Below, one piece after another: positions 1 through 8,425 of a stretch of 53,250 nucleotides of DNA. Under the pieces are notes generated by a model. The model ran no database searches. It was not told where the DNA came from and saw only the letters and a list, made by a program, of their open reading frames with translations. Origin of the DNA: a virus (Duplodnaviria; Caudoviricetes); the IMG/VR virus record IMGVR_UViG_3300027672_001250, positions 1 to 53,250 of that record; one strand, written 5' to 3'. A program made the translations under genes and the position numbers. How positions within the stretch are numbered: position 1 is the stretch's first letter; every line of letters begins with the position of its first letter.

Positions 1-1
1 A

Positions 2-409
2 AGTTCTTCAACTGACACTACATTCAGTTACGATGGTGTTGAGAGTGGTGGTCATTATGCAAGATTTGATATACATGGAAGTGATAATAATGTAACAGGT
101 TATCAGGCAAATTCAGGTAATGGTGGTCATACATATAATCAGTTAATTTTTAGTGATAATAATAATGTTTGGGTTGAACAACGAGGAAACGTTGCTAAGA
201 CACTTAATCTTACTATACGGAATCCTAATAATAATGTCCAGATTCAACAGAAAGAATATGGGGTGCATACTGCTACTATTGATTTAACTGGATCATATGG
301 CACATCATTAGATTTAATACAAACAGGCACCTCAAACCAAACATACAATCTTTATCAGGCTTGCTATACTGTAGGCGGTTGTGCAGTGTCAATCCAGCAA
401 GGTAATTAA
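2..409 (+). CDS. Curlin-like (CsgA/CsgB-type) beta-repeat protein, C-terminal part, 5'-truncated by the window
   Basis: Not in the ORF track. Frame 2 is open from base 2 to TAA at 407-409. It shows repeated N/Q/G beta-strand units (GSDNNVTGYQ, SDNNNVWVEQRG, NPNNNVQIQQK, TSLDLIQTG) and ends CYTVGGCAVSIQQGN. Confidence 0.6.
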   Translation, partial: SSSTDTTFSYDGVESGGHYARFDIHGSDNNVTGYQANSGNGGHTYNQLIFSDNNNVWVEQRGNVAKTLNLTIRNPNNNVQIQQKEYGVHTATIDLTGSYGTSLDLIQTGTSNQTYNLYQACYTVGGCAVSIQQGN

Positions 410-602
410 TAGGTTGAGACGCGGCAAGCCTAGAGCTCCTAGTTTAGTTAAGTCACCCTGCATTAAACTATGTACGTTTGATAAGACGGGCGAGTACTGC
501 ATCGGCTGTTACAGAACTGCTGAAGAGATGCGTGACTGGTACACAGCCACAGATCAGGAAAAGCATGCGGTACTGGCGAGAATAGCGGCAGTTACGGTAT
601 AA
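381..602 (+). CDS. DUF1289-family small Cys-rich protein; true start probably downstream (e.g. TTG 414)
   Basis: SPCIKLC...YCIGCYRTAEEMRDW pattern typical of DUF1289/YdhL-like proteins. Confidence 0.75.
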   Translation: MQCQSSKVINRLRRGKPRAPSLVKSPCIKLCTFDKTGEYCIGCYRTAEEMRDWYTATDQEKHAVLARIAAVTV

Positions 603-625
603 CTATAACACAGGACTGAGAATAT

Positions 626-757
626 ATGGAAGGCAGAGATTGGAGCAAAGTAAAACCCGGGCAACCTGGGCAAGACTTTAGAGAGAAATCAACATGGGTT
701 GGTTTAGTTTTTATTTTAACATTTATGAGTACAGTTATATACTTAGGTTTAGGTTGA
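626..757 (+). CDS. Small single-TM membrane protein, 43 aa
   Basis: Below the ORF-track cut-off: MEGRDWSKVKPGQPGQDFREKSTWVGLVFILTFMSTVIYLGLG*. AGGA/GAG upstream; fills the gap between neighbours. Confidence 0.6.
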   Translation: MEGRDWSKVKPGQPGQDFREKSTWVGLVFILTFMSTVIYLGLG

Positions 758-782
758 CGTAGTACGATTTTCGTACTATAAT
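754..782 (+). promoter_or_regulatory. Sigma70-type promoter with a palindrome in the spacer
   Basis: TTGACG-17nt-TATAAT, with TAGTACGA-TTT-TCGTACTA at 760-778. Confidence 0.7.
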
Positions 783-789
783 GTTTAGT

Positions 790-990
790 ATGAAACATAT
801 GATCAAGTGGTTAAAAATATCCGCAGGTATAAACATATACCTTAGCTTCATACTAACATTAGTATTAGTAGCACTCATGGTAGATATCGGCCTAGATAGT
901 TACTGGCATGGCGCAGACTTCAAAAACAGTATTCTAGAAGAATTGCACAATGCAAACGAACAAAAACTTGACGATAGTAACACAGGATAA
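790..990 (+). CDS. Small membrane protein; start probably ATG 790
   Basis: One hydrophobic segment (IYLSFILTLVLVALMV). The ORF-track ATG at 781 overlaps the -10 box. Confidence 0.6.
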   Translation: MKHMIKWLKISAGINIYLSFILTLVLVALMVDIGLDSYWHGADFKNSILEELHNANEQKLDDSNTG

Positions 991-1291
991 GCTCAATACT
1001 GCACTTTCTCAGTATAAGAGATCTGTACAATTATTATTGATACCGCCACACTTTTTAATATTCGCATACTTCTTTCCTGTAGTTTTACTGAAACTTGTTT
1101 TTATACCGCTTATTTTTGTAGTATTTTGGGCATGGTGTGATTTAATTCACACAATCGAAGAAGCACACAGAAACGACATATTAAATTTAATATACACCTC
1201 CGATAGCGACCAAACCAAACAACTTTTAGCCTATCAATTGTTTGAACACGATCAACACAGTTTAGCAGGCGGCCACCCATTTAACCGGTAA
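950..1291 (+). CDS. Hypothetical membrane protein
   Basis: 113-aa ORF with a long central hydrophobic stretch. Confidence 0.6.
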   Translation: MQTNKNLTIVTQDKLNTALSQYKRSVQLLLIPPHFLIFAYFFPVVLLKLVFIPLIFVVFWAWCDLIHTIEEAHRNDILNLIYTSDSDQTKQLLAYQLFEHDQHSLAGGHPFNR

Positions 1292-1306
1292 CGTATCTAA
1301 TTTTCC

Positions 1307-1314
1307 GATAAATA
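1307..1314 (+). promoter_or_regulatory. Late-type promoter GATAAATA
   Basis: Resembles the T4 late promoter TATAAATA and recurs before many genes in the window. Followed by a leader hairpin and AGGAG RBS. Confidence 0.75.
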
Positions 1315-1361
1315 ATAGCGTAATATAGCAGTTTGCTTATTACATAACCTAGGAGAAGAGT

Positions 1362-1643
1362 ATGAATAGATTATTCAAAGCTCTTGTAGTTTCTGGGTTT
1401 GTTATATTTTTACCATCGTGTGCCTCAGTTGGAGCAGTTATCGAGGGTGGAAAGGCTTTTACAACAGGCGTAATAGATGGATCAGTTAATGCAGTTAGCA
1501 CAGTTAGTGTTGCCGTATTACAGGACGCATCAAGCATTGCGACTACTGCGGCAACTATTGCCTCTAATACAGTAGAAACTGTTGCTAATGAAGTAGACAA
1601 ACAAACCGACGAATTGCAAGACACTCCAGAAAAAAAGGACTAG
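1362..1643 (+). CDS. Small lipoprotein, 93 aa, with a probable -1 frameshift extension to 1753
   Basis: AGGAG RBS; signal peptide ending in lipobox-like LPSC; A/V/T/S-rich helical body; ends on a slippery GAA AAA AAG GAC TAG. Confidence 0.8.
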   Translation: MNRLFKALVVSGFVIFLPSCASVGAVIEGGKAFTTGVIDGSVNAVSTVSVAVLQDASSIATTAATIASNTVETVANEVDKQTDELQDTPEKKD

Positions 1644-1674
1644 GCCTATTCTCTGATCGCAAAGAGAATAAGGC
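1631..1674 (+). other. Programmed -1 ribosomal frameshift signal
   Basis: In-frame A_AAA_AAG (1631-1637), spacer GACTAG, then hairpin GCCT-ATTCTCT/GATCGCAA/AGAGAAT-A-AGGC (1644-1674). The -1 frame is open to TAA at 1751-1753. Confidence 0.7.
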
Positions 1675-1755
1675 AAGTAATGATACTGACATTAAAATGC
1701 TAATAAAGCAAATTAGGTCATATTGTTCACAAAATCCTTTGGAGTGCGAATAACG

Positions 1756-1784
1756 AAAAGGGGCAGGCAACTGCCCTTTTTTTT
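1756..1784 (+). terminator. Intrinsic terminator
   Basis: GGGCAG-GCAA-CTGCCC followed by T8, immediately after the -1 frame stop. Confidence 0.9.
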
Positions 1785-1786
1785 AC

Positions 1787-1794
1787 GATAAATA
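1787..1794 (+). promoter_or_regulatory. Late-type promoter, 5 nt before ATG (leaderless)
   Basis: GATAAATA-CTATT-ATG, no SD. Confidence 0.75.
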
Positions 1795-1799
1795 CTATT

Positions 1800-3857
1800 A
1801 TGAAATGGTTACTAAGCGGTTATGCCGTAGCAATAAGTATTATTCTACTAGCGGCATTAAAGATTGCTGATCCTACACCAATACAAAGTTTACGCAGTCA
1901 AACATTCGATGCACTGCAACAATTAGACGAAGTTAAGCAAAGCAACGAAGTTGTTGTGTTAAACATTGGTGAACAAAGTTTACAACAGTGGGGACAATGG
2001 CCATGGCCAAGACAGAACATAGCACAACTAGTATCGGATTTGAGGAGCAAGAACGCTGGAATAATTGGTTTAACAATTATGTTTCCAGAAACGGACCGAT
2101 TTGGCGGGGACGCAGTTTTGTCAAGTTGGATGTCGGACAACGGAGTGGTTTTGTCCCAGACCCCATCTTCCAGAGGAATAAAGAGTACAGGTCCTCACAT
2201 TGGTACAGCAACGATAGGCCCAGTATCCGCTACGGACTACTTGCTGACATGGCCGAATCTCGTAACGAATATTGAAGTACTAGAGAAGTCAGCGGCAGGC
2301 ATAGGTGTAGTAGCAAGTGCTCCGCAACCAGATAATCAAACAAGAACTTACCCTCTAGCAATCGGAGTAGAGGGAAAGATATATCCTAGTTTTGCTATTG
2401 AGATGTTAAGAGCTCACACAGGTAAGCCTAGCTACTATTTAAAGACTAGCGAAATAGGAATACAAGAATTTGCTGTACCGCCGTTTGATCCAATAATAAC
2501 GACACCCGCTGGCACAGCATATATACGTTTTAATAACACGTTTGAAGAATACGAATACATTACAGCGAGTGAACTACCTGACTTAGGTGGAAAGTTCGTA
2601 ATTGTGGGTGTTAGTGCAGAAGGCGTTGCTAATCCGGTACCCACACCCAGAGGCAACGTATTACCACAGCTTATACAAGCGTCTATGCTACAAAACTTTA
2701 TAGACGGGAGTAACATTACCAGATCTGAACTAGCGTTGCTTACAGAGCTTCTGTGTGCGTTATTAGGCATGCTACTAGTGGCTTTGTCGATCTATAGATT
2801 GCCTATATGGGCAGGATTAGTTACTACAGTAAGTATTATAGGCGGAATGGTATATTACAGTATACATTCTTATACTGCAAACTTAGTTTTATTTGATGCT
2901 ACATATCCTGCAATAGCAACATTCTTAATATTTACACAGGCAAGTTTTAATAACTTTTGGGTACAGTTTAAATTACGACAAGAAATACAAAAACAATTTG
3001 CCGGTTACGCTTCACCTACAGTTGTTAGAATGTTGCAAGAAAATCCAGACTTAATCAAACAAGGCATGAAGAAAGAAGTTAGTATATGCTTCTCAGATTT
3101 GCGTGGCTTTACTCCACTAGGTGAGAGCTTTGGCGACGATGTGCAAGGCTTAACAAAAATGATGAACGAGTATATGGATGCTATTACGCAACCTATACTT
3201 GATGCAGACGGTATGGTGATTAAATATATCGGCGATGCAAGTATGCACATACACAATGCTCCTATGGACGATCCGGATCATCCTAAGAGTGCAGTGCAAA
3301 CAGGCATACAAATGCTCAGGGCAGTAGACCAGTTCAATGATAAAATTGTTAAAGAGGGCAGACCACCCATTGGTATGGGTGCTGGTATTAATACTGGGCT
3401 CGGTTATATTGGGGAAATGGGCTCCACTGCAAGACACAGTTATGACATACTTGGAGACGCAGTTAGTACCGCGGCAAGAATAGAAAGCAAGTGCAAAGAG
3501 TATGGGTGCTTATTACTTGTAGGTGGGGACACATACAAGCATACTAAGGACGATTTCTTTTATCTAAAAGTAGATGACTTGCAAGTAAAAGGTAAAAGTG
3601 TTGGCATAGAAATATACACTGTACTGGATATTAAGCGAACTAAGTATGTTAAAGGCAAGCAACTACACGCACAGATGCATAAACATTATCGTAACCAAGA
3701 CTTTGATAAAGCAATCAAATTATGTAATCAACTATCTAAAACCTTTGATGGAAAGATGTGTGGCTATTACGACATGTGGATTGAACGTTGCGAGTTTCAA
3801 AAGACACAAGACTTGCCAGTTGATTGGAACGGCATTATGATTGCCACAGGCAAGTAG
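1800..3857 (+). CDS. CHASE2-domain class III adenylate/guanylate cyclase
   Basis: N-terminal TM; CHASE2 motifs (GQWPWPR, MFPETDRFGGD, DNQTRTYPL, VPTP); 3 TMs; cyclase motifs FSDLRGFT, KYIGDA, GINTG, YDILGDAVSTAARIES. Confidence 0.93.
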   Translation: MKWLLSGYAVAISIILLAALKIADPTPIQSLRSQTFDALQQLDEVKQSNEVVVLNIGEQSLQQWGQWPWPRQNIAQLVSDLRSKNAGIIGLTIMFPETDRFGGDAVLSSWMSDNGVVLSQTPSSRGIKSTGPHIGTATIGPVSATDYLLTWPNLVTNIEVLEKSAAGIGVVASAPQPDNQTRTYPLAIGVEGKIYPSFAIEMLRAHTGKPSYYLKTSEIGIQEFAVPPFDPIITTPAGTAYIRFNNTFEEYEYITASELPDLGGKFVIVGVSAEGVANPVPTPRGNVLPQLIQASMLQNFIDGSNITRSELALLTELLCALLGMLLVALSIYRLPIWAGLVTTVSIIGGMVYYSIHSYTANLVLFDATYPAIATFLIFTQASFNNFWVQFKLRQEIQKQFAGYASPTVVRMLQENPDLIKQGMKKEVSICFSDLRGFTPLGESFGDDVQGLTKMMNEYMDAITQPILDADGMVIKYIGDASMHIHNAPMDDPDHPKSAVQTGIQMLRAVDQFNDKIVKEGRPPIGMGAGINTGLGYIGEMGSTARHSYDILGDAVSTAARIESKCKEYGCLLLVGGDTYKHTKDDFFYLKVDDLQVKGKSVGIEIYTVLDIKRTKYVKGKQLHAQMHKHYRNQDFDKAIKLCNQLSKTFDGKMCGYYDMWIERCEFQKTQDLPVDWNGIMIATGK

Positions 3858-4484
3858 TTACTCAAACATCGAAGCGTCTATATCTATAAACACGCCAGCA
3901 TAATGACGGAAGTCACTAATAGTCTGTTTAGCATGAAATAGCTCTAGCGGTATATCTTTAGAGTTGTTAACTATTGGCAAATAGTATCTAGCAATAATTT
4001 TTTCTAATCTCTTTATGTCTTTTGTTAATGCATCTTCGACAATATTTCTAAAGCCTTTGTCTGTGATTAATTCAGTCAACCAGACGTGGTAGTCGTTTTC
4101 ACTACTAAAAGTTCTTTTTACTTCTCGTATCTCGTAATACAATGCTCTTAACGGATTCATTCCAGGTCTATATTTGTTCTTAACATGTTCAAATATAAAC
4201 GCTTCGTGTTCCGAAGACAAATCAGACATCACAGCCACATACTCTTTTTTCAACGCAATACGCAAACTTGTTATACAGTTGGTTAAAGTAGTAGCATAGT
4301 TACTCTTTAAATGATCTGCAATTAGTTTGTGTTTCGGTGTGAGTTTGTCGTAATAGTCATTAAATATTTCATCTAACTTATATGACCCGTTCAACAGTAG
4401 GTGTGGCAATGTTTCTGTACGACTATAATTATCAAGTTCGCTCTGTATTCGTAGAACCTCGAAGTCTATTACTTCGCCTTTCAT
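3858..4484 (-). CDS. Hypothetical protein
   Basis: 208-aa ORF; GATAAATA lies 6 nt upstream on the minus strand (4491-4498). Confidence 0.8.
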   Translation of the reverse strand: MKGEVIDFEVLRIQSELDNYSRTETLPHLLLNGSYKLDEIFNDYYDKLTPKHKLIADHLKSNYATTLTNCITSLRIALKKEYVAVMSDLSSEHEAFIFEHVKNKYRPGMNPLRALYYEIREVKRTFSSENDYHVWLTELITDKGFRNIVEDALTKDIKRLEKIIARYYLPIVNNSKDIPLELFHAKQTISDFRHYAGVFIDIDASMFE

Positions 4485-4496
4485 AACATATATTTA

Positions 4497-4919
4497 TCAG
4501 GAATTTACTTCTAGAATTGTGTGAATCTTTTCGGCACCTTTGTTTCCTATTAGCGTAACTTTTGCGCCAGTGTGCAACGGAGTAGGCCACCAATCAATAT
4601 CAACCCAGCAGTAACCTGCACTTTCGTTATTTAATATAGGTGAGAATTCTGTGTCTACTACATATATAAAACTGTAGTAAAAAAACTTTTTGTCTTTGCT
4701 TTGGAATATATCTATAGGATTAAGTTTTTGAAGTTGTGGTACAAATCCAATTTCTTCGTTGAGTTCACGCTGAATGCATTCGAATGGTGTTTCCGATTTA
4801 TGCATAGTGCCTCCCCAGAAGCCCCATGTGTTCTTAAATCTTTTTTCAGCTTTTCTTAATTGAAAAAGACATCTACCTGTGTCTTTAGCAAGAAATAAAA
4901 CTCCTGCTGCTGTAGTCAT
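4497..4919 (-). CDS. Nudix hydrolase
   Basis: Complete Nudix box G-TMHKS-E-TPFECIQ-RELNEEIG. ATG 4919 has a GAGGA RBS. Confidence 0.9.
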   Translation of the reverse strand: MTTAAGVLFLAKDTGRCLFQLRKAEKRFKNTWGFWGGTMHKSETPFECIQRELNEEIGFVPQLQKLNPIDIFQSKDKKFFYYSFIYVVDTEFSPILNNESAGYCWVDIDWWPTPLHTGAKVTLIGNKGAEKIHTILEVNS

Positions 4920-4930
4920 TTGCTTTCCTC

Positions 4931-6280
4931 TTAAAGCAACAAACGCCAAAACCCTGTGTTGTAAACACCTTCGTGACTGCTAACCCACGATTCGTTGTAC
5001 CATTTGTATTGCTTAGTTGTGTATGTGTTTGTAAGATACTGTAAATCAGTAGTAGCAATTGCATCAAATACTACAGTCCATTTGGTTCCGTTGTACTGTA
5101 TGATGTCATTTTCTTTTGCTTCGATATCCCAATTAGTGTATCCTGCCTTAGTAATTGTTTCTGTGATTAAGTATCGCTGACCATCTGCTGCGGCAGCTAA
5201 TGCCCCATCCCCCGGGTAAGTTGCTCGCGGGTCTAATATTTTATCTACGTTAGTTAATGTGTCAGCTGGCAACGTCTCCGGATCAATATTGAATACTAGT
5301 TTTGTGTCATCTAGTGTATTAACGGAAACACTTCCTATAACAGCATCTAAGTCGTTGTCGCTGTCATTGGTAAGATTTAATTTAAGTTTACTTGTAGTTG
5401 TTAACTTACCTTGCATTTCAATTAAGTCTGCCCACTTAATGCCGTTGTATTGTTTATCTAATAACACAGCACTAGCACCGTCAATCTGTAATTTATAGTC
5501 ACCGGGCGTAGTAACAATTTCAGCAACTTCTGGTACAGTTGAGAAAAAGTCTGCTAAGTCTGTACTAAATCCTAGATCTTCGAGGTTGTTGGTTTCGTGC
5601 ATGTCTGTGACAATGCGTTGTATAATTGTTTGCTTTTTAACTTTAGCAGGCGGACTAATCCAGATAGGTACTGCAAAACTCATTGTTGCAATGTCTAAAG
5701 ATTCATCTACCCCTTGCGGTATACTTCTGCTACTCCATTGTACGTCAGTTAACTCAACTTCAAATACATTACTCCAGTCTAACGGATTATCATTTGACTG
5801 TAATTGTATATTAGGATTAAACAATATCATTAACTGTTCTAATATTTGTAACTTAGTATCAGTGTTTGTAGTCCATACATCTACTTGCAATGTTAAGTTA
5901 TACGGCACAGGCATATAACGCTGTACAGTATACAAGTTACCTTGCCCTGTTTCGTATTGGCCTGTATCTGTGTTAAATTCTCTTTCTGCTACCTGCTGAG
6001 TACTAACAAAATTTGGTTCATGTATTCTATCTCTAGCAACTTGTAAACTTTGTATGCTACATGCAATAAAAGGAGCACTTGCAATAACGTTCTCTGAATT
6101 ATTACGCAGTATTTGTGCAACCATTCTGCTTTGGTCAGCATAACGGCAAGGTACAGTGTTATAGTTTACACCGTTAGATGTATTTTCTGCTACTTGAAAG
6201 TTAGAAAATATCCTGATAAGTTGTTGCAAGTATCTTTTAACTTGCCCATCATACCAGTAATCTAAGTTTTTCTTTGCCAT
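4931..6280 (-). CDS. Tail completion / sheath terminator protein (T4 gp15-like N-terminal domain) with C-terminal extension
   Basis: YWYDGQVKRYLQQ, PVPYNLTLQVDVW, LQILEQLMILFNP patterns of gp15-like proteins. Confidence 0.7.
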   Translation of the reverse strand: MAKKNLDYWYDGQVKRYLQQLIRIFSNFQVAENTSNGVNYNTVPCRYADQSRMVAQILRNNSENVIASAPFIACSIQSLQVARDRIHEPNFVSTQQVAEREFNTDTGQYETGQGNLYTVQRYMPVPYNLTLQVDVWTTNTDTKLQILEQLMILFNPNIQLQSNDNPLDWSNVFEVELTDVQWSSRSIPQGVDESLDIATMSFAVPIWISPPAKVKKQTIIQRIVTDMHETNNLEDLGFSTDLADFFSTVPEVAEIVTTPGDYKLQIDGASAVLLDKQYNGIKWADLIEMQGKLTTTSKLKLNLTNDSDNDLDAVIGSVSVNTLDDTKLVFNIDPETLPADTLTNVDKILDPRATYPGDGALAAAADGQRYLITETITKAGYTNWDIEAKENDIIQYNGTKWTVVFDAIATTDLQYLTNTYTTKQYKWYNESWVSSHEGVYNTGFWRLLL

Positions 6281-6295
6281 TATATATTACCTTTG

Positions 6296-6739
6296 TTACC
6301 CAAAGTCCTTGAGCATCTTTTTAATCTCTAATGCATGTTGTTCTTCCATGCCAATTTGTCCTCTAGCATATTCTTCTAACATAATACTTGCATCAGCAAC
6401 TTCTTCTAATAGTTCTTTGTACTTGTCTACAGCATTTGTTTCGTGTTGTAGGCTTTCTTTTAAAATTTGTAATACACTATGGTCGTGGTTTTCTTCTATC
6501 TTAGAAATTTGCTGACTTGGGTGTCCTTCAAATCCTGTAATAAACTCGCCTGCTTGTAGTGCATGTGCTAAACTTTCAGTTGCTTGTTCTTGTAAAAACG
6601 CTACAATAGGTAATCTGTAAGGACCAGTAATCATTAATGAGCTATGTGCATATCTAACAACACCGGCCATCTCTAGCTCTATGATATCATTTAATAATTC
6701 ACAAACTCGTTGTTCGTTTAATTCTCTCATTTCTGCCAT
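6296..6739 (-). CDS. Bacterioferritin / ferritin-like protein
   Basis: Ferroxidase-centre pattern ELEMAGVVRYAH, EQATESLAHA, ETNAVDKY, EEQHA in a four-helix bundle. Confidence 0.85.
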   Translation of the reverse strand: MAEMRELNEQRVCELLNDIIELEMAGVVRYAHSSLMITGPYRLPIVAFLQEQATESLAHALQAGEFITGFEGHPSQQISKIEENHDHSVLQILKESLQHETNAVDKYKELLEEVADASIMLEEYARGQIGMEEQHALEIKKMLKDFG

Positions 6740-6745
6740 AATACC

Positions 6746-7189
6746 TTAGACTTGTTCTAGTCTTTCCATTAATCTTTCAGCACGGTTAGTAACCTGTTTG
6801 TGCCAACGGCTATCTCTGCCTTCGATTCCTGCTTGTTTCCAATCCTGAGCTTCTAGTGCCTTGCGGAAGTTATTAAACTTACCTAAACGTGTTCGACCCA
6901 TGTTGAACATCATGTTCACTAGGACTTCTTGTACGACTCCAGGCCAATCTGTGAAACCATCTCCATATAATGCAACGCATTCTGAGATGCTGGTGTCAAG
7001 GTCTTTTTCGAAACACTGCTTTGTTCGTTCTTCTGTGACTGGTGTCCCAACGTCTTGTCCAAACTCTGGATCTGATTCGAGGACCAAGTGTCCAACTCCG
7101 AAAGTTGGGTAGCCCAAATGGTCTTTATAAATTTCATAAACAACTCCTTCATCTATTTTCAGTTGTTCAAATACTGATTCTCTATTCAT
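6746..7189 (-). CDS. GH24 (T4-type) lysozyme
   Basis: LKIDEG...YKDHLGYPTFGVGH (E-D-T triad), NMMFNMG, SRWHKQVTNRA. ATG 7189 follows AAGGA. Confidence 0.92.
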   Translation of the reverse strand: MNRESVFEQLKIDEGVVYEIYKDHLGYPTFGVGHLVLESDPEFGQDVGTPVTEERTKQCFEKDLDTSISECVALYGDGFTDWPGVVQEVLVNMMFNMGRTRLGKFNNFRKALEAQDWKQAGIEGRDSRWHKQVTNRAERLMERLEQV

Positions 7190-7218
7190 TTTATTTCCTT
7201 TATTAAAAATGCTAAACA

Positions 7219-8280
7219 TTAGTTATCTGTCTTTGGCTTAACTACCCGGCTGAGATTGACTTTCTCGCCCGTGATCTTGCCGTCTGTATTTACTGCAAGG
7301 TTATCGTTGTTAATAAACCCTGTGAGTATTTTGTTTGCTGCTGACCATGCACCTTTAGTGTTAGATCTTATAAACTTGAAACGTGTTCCTTCTTTCTGGA
7401 ATAGTCTATTAGGTACAAAGTCTGTACGCAAAAAGTAATCGCCTTCGTTAATGCCTGTAGTTGGGAATGATGTTCCACTGCCTACAACACTTGCACCATT
7501 AGGCGGTGCTCCATCTTCGTTTTCAAAGTCAATCGATGGTTTGCCCTTTGCATCTTTGTCAACATATAAATGTGCAGTCTTTCTATAACTAGGATCAAGT
7601 GCAACATCTTTTTCTGATGCTGCTACAATAGCTTCGCTAATTGCAATCTCGTCTGCGTATGTACTAATGAGGTTACGAAGATCGCCTTCTTCCTCACCAG
7701 TACCAAGAATATCTCTGTACTCTTGTGAATCTGTTATAGGACCTAATTTAACTCTCCACAAATGTGGCCACCAACGTGGGTCAAATCCTTCTGCAGGTCT
7801 ACTAGCATCAGTAACAACATAAAATCTGTTTATTGCTTCGTCACTGCCTAGTAATAAATCGTCTCGTAAATGTGGCAACTCTAAAACGTCACCAGCCATT
7901 AACTTTCTGCCTAATGCTTCTACCATACTTTCGATATGGAAGTTCATAAACAGTGTATCGTTTGCTAAGAACATGCCAAACTGTGTGAGATCAAACCCAT
8001 CATTGTCGCCAATGTTATATTGTCCACGCAATTCATAAATGTTTTTGTCGTATCGCCGATCCCTGTTCTCTAAAAACAGCAAATCTTGTATAAACACTTC
8101 TGTGTTGTTGCCGTCAGTTGCTGGTCTTGTAGGATCATTTGTATTAGCCTGTGCCTGCGTTCCTAAGTATTTGTGCAAATGCACACCGGTTCCGCCTGCA
8201 TGCAGGTGCTCACCAACGACTCTATCTATAAAATTGAAGTCGTTTGTTTTTGTTGGATTCCATAACGATAACTTTGGCAT
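7219..8280 (-). CDS. Neck / head-closure protein (T4 gp14-like), putative
   Basis: IQDLLFLENRDR, FDLTQFGMF, LMAGDVLELPHL motifs. Start placed at ATG 8280, 5 nt after GATAAATA (8286-8293, minus strand). Confidence 0.6.
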   Translation of the reverse strand: MPKLSLWNPTKTNDFNFIDRVVGEHLHAGGTGVHLHKYLGTQAQANTNDPTRPATDGNNTEVFIQDLLFLENRDRRYDKNIYELRGQYNIGDNDGFDLTQFGMFLANDTLFMNFHIESMVEALGRKLMAGDVLELPHLRDDLLLGSDEAINRFYVVTDASRPAEGFDPRWWPHLWRVKLGPITDSQEYRDILGTGEEEGDLRNLISTYADEIAISEAIVAASEKDVALDPSYRKTAHLYVDKDAKGKPSIDFENEDGAPPNGASVVGSGTSFPTTGINEGDYFLRTDFVPNRLFQKEGTRFKFIRSNTKGAWSAANKILTGFINNDNLAVNTDGKITGEKVNLSRVVKPKTDN

Positions 8281-8369
8281 AACACTATTTATCAAGATCT
8301 AAAACGCTACTGGATTATTACTTGAATTCGTTAAACACCCGCTTTTTTGAGTCATTTCATAAGTAGTTC

Positions 8370-8398
8370 TTGACATCGATGATATATAATGTTAAAAT
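8370..8398 (+). promoter_or_regulatory. Sigma70-type promoter
   Basis: TTGACA-17nt-TAAAAT upstream of a GGAG RBS and the 8426 gene. Confidence 0.7.
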
Positions 8399-8425
8399 AG
8401 CATTTTTACAAGTGGAGAGTATGGT

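Noticed and set aside
1641-1703. Stop-codon read-through of the lipoprotein TAG
   Set aside because: Frame 0 adds only about 19 codons and stops well short of the terminator. The -1 frame fits the slip site, hairpin and terminator better.
3855-3860. Abutting convergent stops without a terminator (also at 38956-38959)
   Set aside because: Common in compact phage genomes; the sequence gives no evidence of antisense regulation.
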